From positions 2,294,001-2,358,000 of the forward strand of contig OX597821.1 in assembly GCA_951406725.2 (NCBI GenBank): a stretch of 64,000 nt of DNA, written 5' to 3'. Under the pieces are notes generated by a model, which was not told the origin of the DNA, did not search any database, and worked only from the letters and a program-made list of their open reading frames with translations. This stretch comes from Octopus vulgaris (Eukaryota). Shown one piece after another: positions 57,816 through 64,000 of this stretch (position 1 is its first letter; the number at the start of each line of letters is the position of its first letter). A program made the translations under genes and the position numbers.

Positions 57816-58022
57816 GTGAAATAGAAAGATGAATAATCTTGTAGTAGATTAATCAAAAGTTTAACCGATACCTTAGTAGCAAAAATCACAGCAGTAAAAC
57901 AGCACGGTTGGAGGTACAACCATATGGTGTTGCAACCGTGCGTTGGTGCGGATAATTGAAATTAGAACATTATTGGTGAATTGAAGAAATGGAGCTGAAC
58001 GCAGATTGAACAGAAATCGTTT

Positions 58023-58116
58023 TATTTCATTCTACACGTATTTCGAAAGGCATTAATTACCAAAATCCGATGGAATAATGGGACCATATTGTGTCTTTCT
58101 CTTCAGGAAGAAAATA
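58023..58116 (-). ncRNA. Type I HHR (family A), mirror copy
   Basis: Inverse of 59090-59183. Stem III is ATACGTGT (one G-U pair), with two changes in stem II. Confidence 0.8.
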
Positions 58117-59089
58117 GGAAATCCGTTGGAAAAACAAAAACAGAACAGAGGCGGAGCAAAAACAAATCGAACTATGCTCCTAAGAGCCCATGGCGAAACT
58201 GTTTATCAGTGTATGTTGAGAACCGGTGGCTGAAGAATTCAACGGGTCAGGCATCGGTCAATCATGTGGGTGAGGGGGCGTAGATGTTCTTTGTGACCGA
58301 GAATAAAGTTCTGACTATTTAAGGAATATTGGATGTTTTATAAGGGGCGAGAAAAAATCTACTTAGAGACGTGTGTGTGTGTATACTGTTCTATATACGT
58401 GTGTGTTGGCGTAGGGGTAGAAAACATTTTTTGTGTACGTGTGTGCGTTTGATCGTTCGGCTGTCAGTGGCTACTGCCGTGATGACCGTTGGGTGGCAGA
58501 AAAAGCGTTTATAAATAATACCGGCACCCATAGCCCTTGGTAACAAATTCTGAAATAGCCTTTAAGATATCTACGATTAACCACTGCAAGGGGAATTACT
58601 CCTGTAAGACAAACGGGGCTTGGTTTTTTCACAGCGGGGGTTTCCTTGACAAGGCAGGTTTAGATGAGAACACACACACACATAAAACATGATGTATATT
58701 TTTTTTCTGCCACCCAACGGTCATCACGGCAGTAGCCACTGACAGCCGAACGATCAAACGCACACACGTACACAAAAAATGTTTTCTACCCCTACGCCAA
58801 CACACACGTATATAGAACAGTATACACACACACACGTCTCTAAGTAGATTTTTTCTCGCCCCTTATAAAACATCCAATATTCCTTAAATAGTCAGAACTT
58901 TATTCTCGGTCACAAAGAACATCTACGCCCCCTCACCCACATGATTGACCGATGCCTGACCCGTTGAATTCTTCAGCCACCGGTTCTCAACATACACTGA
59001 TAAACAGTTTCGCCATGGGCTCTTAGGAGCATAGTTCGATTTGTTTTTGCTCCGCCTCTGTTCTGTTTTTGTTTTTCCAACGGATTTCC

Positions 59090-59183
59090 TATTTTCTTCC
59101 TGAAGAGAAAGACACAATATGGTCCCATTATTCCATCGGATTTTGGTAATTTGTGCCTTTCGAAACACGTGTAGAATGAAATA
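59090..59183 (+). ncRNA. Type I hammerhead ribozyme, canonical core (family A)
   Basis: tattttcttc-CTGAAGA-[GAAAGacacaa...ttgtgcCTTTC, 55 nt]-GAA-ACACGTGT-A-gaatgaaata. Confidence 0.9.
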
Positions 59184-59518
59184 AAACGATTTCTGTTCAA
59201 TCTGCGTTCAGCTCCATTTCTTCAATTCACCAATAATGTTATATATATATATATATATATATATATAACCTACGATATACTTACATATACGAAAGTATAC
59301 ATATATATATATGCACGTATGCACGCAACCAGTTTAAACTGCCCGTCTTCAAAATCCTCGTGCGATATGGTCCGAGATCTGGAATTATCCAGAACATTTT
59401 TGCAACTTTATTTTGACTTTTTGTCTTCTCTCCTGGTGCTGTATGAATATTTAATGTGGTTTTAGAGTGAAGTATTGACTGCTATTATATACTCTTAGAT
59501 ACCCAAAATTATAATTAG

Positions 59519-59550
<32 letters not shown>

Positions 59551-60058
59551 ATATATACATATGTATGTATGTATGTATGTATGTTTGAGTTTGCGTAGGC
59601 GTATGTATACATAAAGTTAGAGAGCAAGGTAGCTAAGTCGGTAGATAGATGCATAAATCATTCGAAATAAGTCGTTGAGAACCGAAACGAATGTGAAGCC
59701 ATGCAATAATCTGCGACACCGAAGTATTGCATTAGTGGAATTTCAAAAAAAGGACAATATCTTCACATATCCACATTTCCACACGCTTCATTAGAACTAG
59801 CGGTTCACAATTTCCATCTAATTGCTTTCTCTTCTACTTCACGACATTTGCTCATTGCAAGCAAGAAGAACAACAGCAATAAGAACGGCAGGTAGTACAG
59901 ACAAAACAGGAAATAAAAATAAAAATAAACGTTAAAGAAAAAATATAATACGTAAATAACATACGAGCCGAAAGTAAAATAGTACCTGGAGAGAAGAGAG
60001 AGAACACTAGGAATGTCTGAATTATATGCAGTATATGCATATGTGTGTATATGTCAAT

Positions 60059-60128
<70 letters not shown>

Positions 60129-60326
60129 ACATTTATATATTCATTATATATATGAATATATATGTGTGCGTATATATATATACATAAATATTATCTATAC
60201 ATATACACAGACAAACATATATATGTACGTATTTATGTGCCCCCGCGTGCACCCGCAACCACACACGCACGCAAAACACATTTTCCAACATATATGTTCT
60301 TATTCACACAGACATATATTGTATAT

Positions 60327-60422
<96 letters not shown>

Positions 60423-60583
60423 GTGTGTGTATGTGAGTAAACGAAATGTATAAAGGACGGAAATATAATAGTCAGGGAAATAAACGAGAAAAGGATAATG
60501 GAAATAGGAAAAGAAAAGCTATATATATTTATGCAAATACATATATACATATACATAGATACATACAAAGATATATACATACG

Positions 60584-60701
<118 letters not shown>

Positions 60702-61258
60702 AGTACATTCATGTAGATGCATATGCGGAAGAATGAAAATATAGAGAAGAAAAAGATTTGGCATTCAATGGAATGGTTCGGATGTACGCTGATTACCGTT
60801 GACATCAACAACCGACATTTCCAATTCTACTATTAGTGTTCTGATTTCAAAGAACATTGTCCTTTCTGAGAAATTCCATGACATTAACAGATAGCAATGC
60901 GTTCTGACAAAGATTTAAGATATAACCTCTATCGACGTCAGCAAAAAAAAGGAAATAAGATTTTAAAAAAATCAAAAAAATCTGAAGCCACCAATGCAGG
61001 AAAAGAAAACGAAAAAAAAAAGTGTAAGAAAAATAACTAAAAATGGGGAATATAAAAATTAAAGGTGGAAGCGTTCGTGGAAAGAATAAAGAGAAAAAGG
61101 AAGACGAAATAATGACAATACTCCATGTGAAAGAGTCTGTCTTTTTTTTATCACTATCCTATTCTCCCTTCTCTCTCTTTCTCTCTCTCTCTCCTCTCAC
61201 TCCTTCTCTGATTCACTATCTCTGTGTATGAACGAATATTCAAGCGTATATATATACG

Positions 61259-61301
<43 letters not shown>

Positions 61302-61383
61302 GTATATACATATAAATATGTGTATATATGTACATGTATACACACACACACATACACACATACACACACACACACACACACAC

Positions 61384-61452
<69 letters not shown>

Positions 61453-62365
61453 TATAGATATATATATTTGTACGCGAAACAGTTAAAAGTTAAGTAAGAA
61501 AAACGTCTGTATGTAGATTTATGTATATTATATATATATGGGGTGGGTGTATATATATTCACAGGCTTTTGTTTTCACTTAACTTTTACATGTCTCACTA
61601 TTCTGACGTTGGTCATGCTCGTGCACAACCTTGACTGTTTTAGTCGAAGAAAGCAACAACAATATATAATCTTATTGAAAGTTTCCGTTTGCTGAAGCGT
61701 TAAGTTGCGAGCACCAAAACACAGTAAAGGGATCTAGCACTCACACACACAAACACATACGCAAATATATTCATACAATGAGTTGCTACACTTGTTTTAG
61801 TCTACCATATCTGCTGACGAGTCTATATGGGATCGACATGTATATCTTGTATATGATACTGGATAATCGAAAACTATATAGAATTCAATTCATTCTTTTT
61901 ATCTGAAATACTGTTAGAGAGCCATGAATACCCTTAGTTATGTTGATTCTACATTCAGTTTACATGAATTACACTTGTGTCTGACGTATTCTCAGCTACA
62001 TCCAGAATGTTATGTCTTTTATGGAATAAGTGAATACACATCGTTAAACGACGGAGGTCCACACATGTCGTTCGATTCTAACAGACTACACTTGTGAATA
62101 TATATATGTACAACGGCAAGAAAGTGAAATTAGAAAAAAAGGCATAATATAATAATTGAGCAACAATCGTAGAATTTCATAATGCATACTCGACAGATGG
62201 AACGAAAAGAAACGGTAAATGACTTGGAAACCATGTCTCTCTCTCTCCACCCTCTCCCCCTCTCTCTATGTATATATATATATAAATAGAGAGAGAGAGA
62301 GAAAGTAAGAGAGAGGGATACATATATGTGCGTATATATGTATACAGACAGGCAGACACACACTC

Positions 62366-62399
<34 letters not shown>

Positions 62400-62406
<7 letters not shown>

Positions 62407-62810
62407 TCGCCATACTAATATGGCATTCTTATAAAAATAAGAATAAAGCTGACCGCTTATTAGCTCCATGAAGCCATCGCCTTAAGTTAGCTATTTGATA
62501 CACAAACTGTATCCATATAACCTTCGAACAAGGGAGGTCAGTCGCTCCACACTACTTGACCGACAGCTACAGACGTCTGTAGCTGTCGGTCAAGTAGTGT
62601 GGAGCGACTGACCTCCCTTGTTCGAAGGTTATATGGATACAGTTTGTGTATCAAATAGCTAACTTAAGGCGATGGCTTCATGGAGCTAATAAGCGGTCAG
62701 CTTTATTCTTATTTTTATAAGAATGCCATATTAGTATGGCGATAACTATTATTTTCCGGGAACGCTGCCGTGTTCTCTTTTAGAGAGACTTAGTAATTTT
62801 AATATTTCTA
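62400..62810. mobile_element. Perfect 350-bp palindrome plus tail of about 60 bp between TA tracts
   Basis: 62400-62574 is the reverse complement of 62575-62749 with no spacer (centre cagac|gtctg). Confidence 0.9.
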
Positions 62811-62927
62811 TTATATATATCCATATGTTGAATTATGTAAAAATAAGAAAATATCGCCGACCGCGTGTGTACCGTTGTCGATCTTTTTCCCTCTGTCTTC
62901 CCTTCTCTGGATCTTTCCTTCTCCTAT

Positions 62928-62962
62928 GTTTCCGACGAAGAGCTCCGCTCGAAACGTTAAAC
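62928..62962 (+). ncRNA. Minimal type I HHR variant in a family C-related element (62870-63065)
   Basis: GTTT-CCGACGA-a-GAGC(tcc)GCTC-GAA-ACGT-T-AAAC. CT-rich upstream; the 3' end is in (TA)n. Confidence 0.6.
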
Positions 62963-63064
62963 CTTCCTTCTTTCCCTCTTTCCTGAGCGTCCAATAATAC
63001 TATATTTGTTCCACGTCTTCGCGTTGTGTTTTTTTTGTGCTTTCATGTTTGGATTAACTTTAAC

Positions 63065-63145
<81 letters not shown>

Positions 63146-64000
63146 CACTGTGTGTGTGTGTCAGTATGTGTGAGTGTGTGTGTGTCTAATTCTGTATGAC
63201 TGAGTATATGTGTGATGAATGTTTATGAGTATTTCTCTCTCTGTATCCTCCTTCTCGTATGCTAGATTGGGTATGTATTCCTTTGGATACTTTAATTAAT
63301 TATATTTTTCTTTTCTACGTTTACATCCTTCTATCACTAAGCAACCACCTATTGTAAGGAAAGAATAAAAATAAAAAAAAATTCGATAGGAAAACAAAGA
63401 TGGAGAGAAGTATACAAAATGCCAGGTTAAGAAGAAATATTTCTTCGCGGATGTTAAGACGAAATCGATTTTAAAAAATGGAACGGGAAAACAGAAAACA
63501 GTTTTAGAGGAAATGAGACTTTCCAAGAAAAAAGTTCTTGACCTGCAGATAATCGATCAAGTTTTTGTGTTTTCTTTTAAAAATACTTCTTTTTCCTATT
63601 CCGTTTCACCAAATTGCCTTGTCGAGAGAGAATAAAAGTTTTTCAACGAATATTCCCCATAAAGAACACGCAGTGATTTTAGTTGGAGTAGGTTTATTAA
63701 TAAACAAAGAAAATATATGGGATTTTATCATTGGCTCCGTTCCCTTATTCTAAATAATATCGCGAAAAAAAGTAAATTAAAGTTTTAAAAAATTTAATTC
63801 TGTATTAGAAATCCTAGTTATTCCACCCAAAATAGAATTAAAAGAAAAATTGTGTATTTGGGTTTGAATTAGAAAACATAGATATATTAAGAGCTCTCTG
63901 ATGCTTTAAATTCCGTTGGATGCAGTGCATAAATAGATACAGATCTTATAATAGCTTAAATGTGGTTACTACTGACAAATAAAGAAACGTTTTGTAGCTC

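Larger units (their letters stand above)
57813..59240. mobile_element. Inner, young fold-back family A element
   Basis: Near-identical inverted arms 57966-58504 and 58702-59240 (539 bp), a 197-bp spacer, a left-only tail of about 150 bp, and (TA)n on both sides. Confidence 0.9.
57467..59518. mobile_element. Outer, older fold-back element with HHR
   Basis: Diverged inverted arms 57552-57707 and 59371-59516, a left-only tail to about 57467, and (TA)n outside both ends. Confidence 0.7.

Noticed and set aside
58178-58210. cctaaga-gcc-cat-ggc-gaaactgt as a second HHR
   Set aside because: The core lacks UG and there is no stem I or III.
58089-59200. Identical small ORFs (MCLSLQEENRK...) on opposite strands
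   Set aside because: A consequence of the inverted repeat; they run antisense to the HHR element.

Overview
AT-rich, microsatellite-saturated eukaryotic non-coding DNA. The SINE families and (TA)n/(TATC)n/(ATC)n landscape point to an octopus (coleoid cephalopod) genome; this is inferred, not proven. No host gene can be supported, and nearly all listed ORFs are microsatellite translations. Recognisable content: several tRNA-derived SINE families, five decayed Tc1/mariner transposons, RTE and CR1/Jockey-type LINE fragments, and probable Helitron derivatives. The main signal is about 13 type I hammerhead ribozyme (HHR) motifs, several with perfect cores, palindromic stem III and unusually long stem II. 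They sit in short non-coding, Penelope-like/retrozyme-like elements whose 3' ends run into (TA)n tracts. Six insertions, four with a visible HHR, share one fold-back layout: (TA)n - short arm - spacer - long arm plus tail - (TA)n. These include a perfect 350-bp palindrome and a nested pair with 539-bp inner arms. Several breakpoints fall at stem III or the cleavage site. All structures were read by eye; no folding or database search was run.
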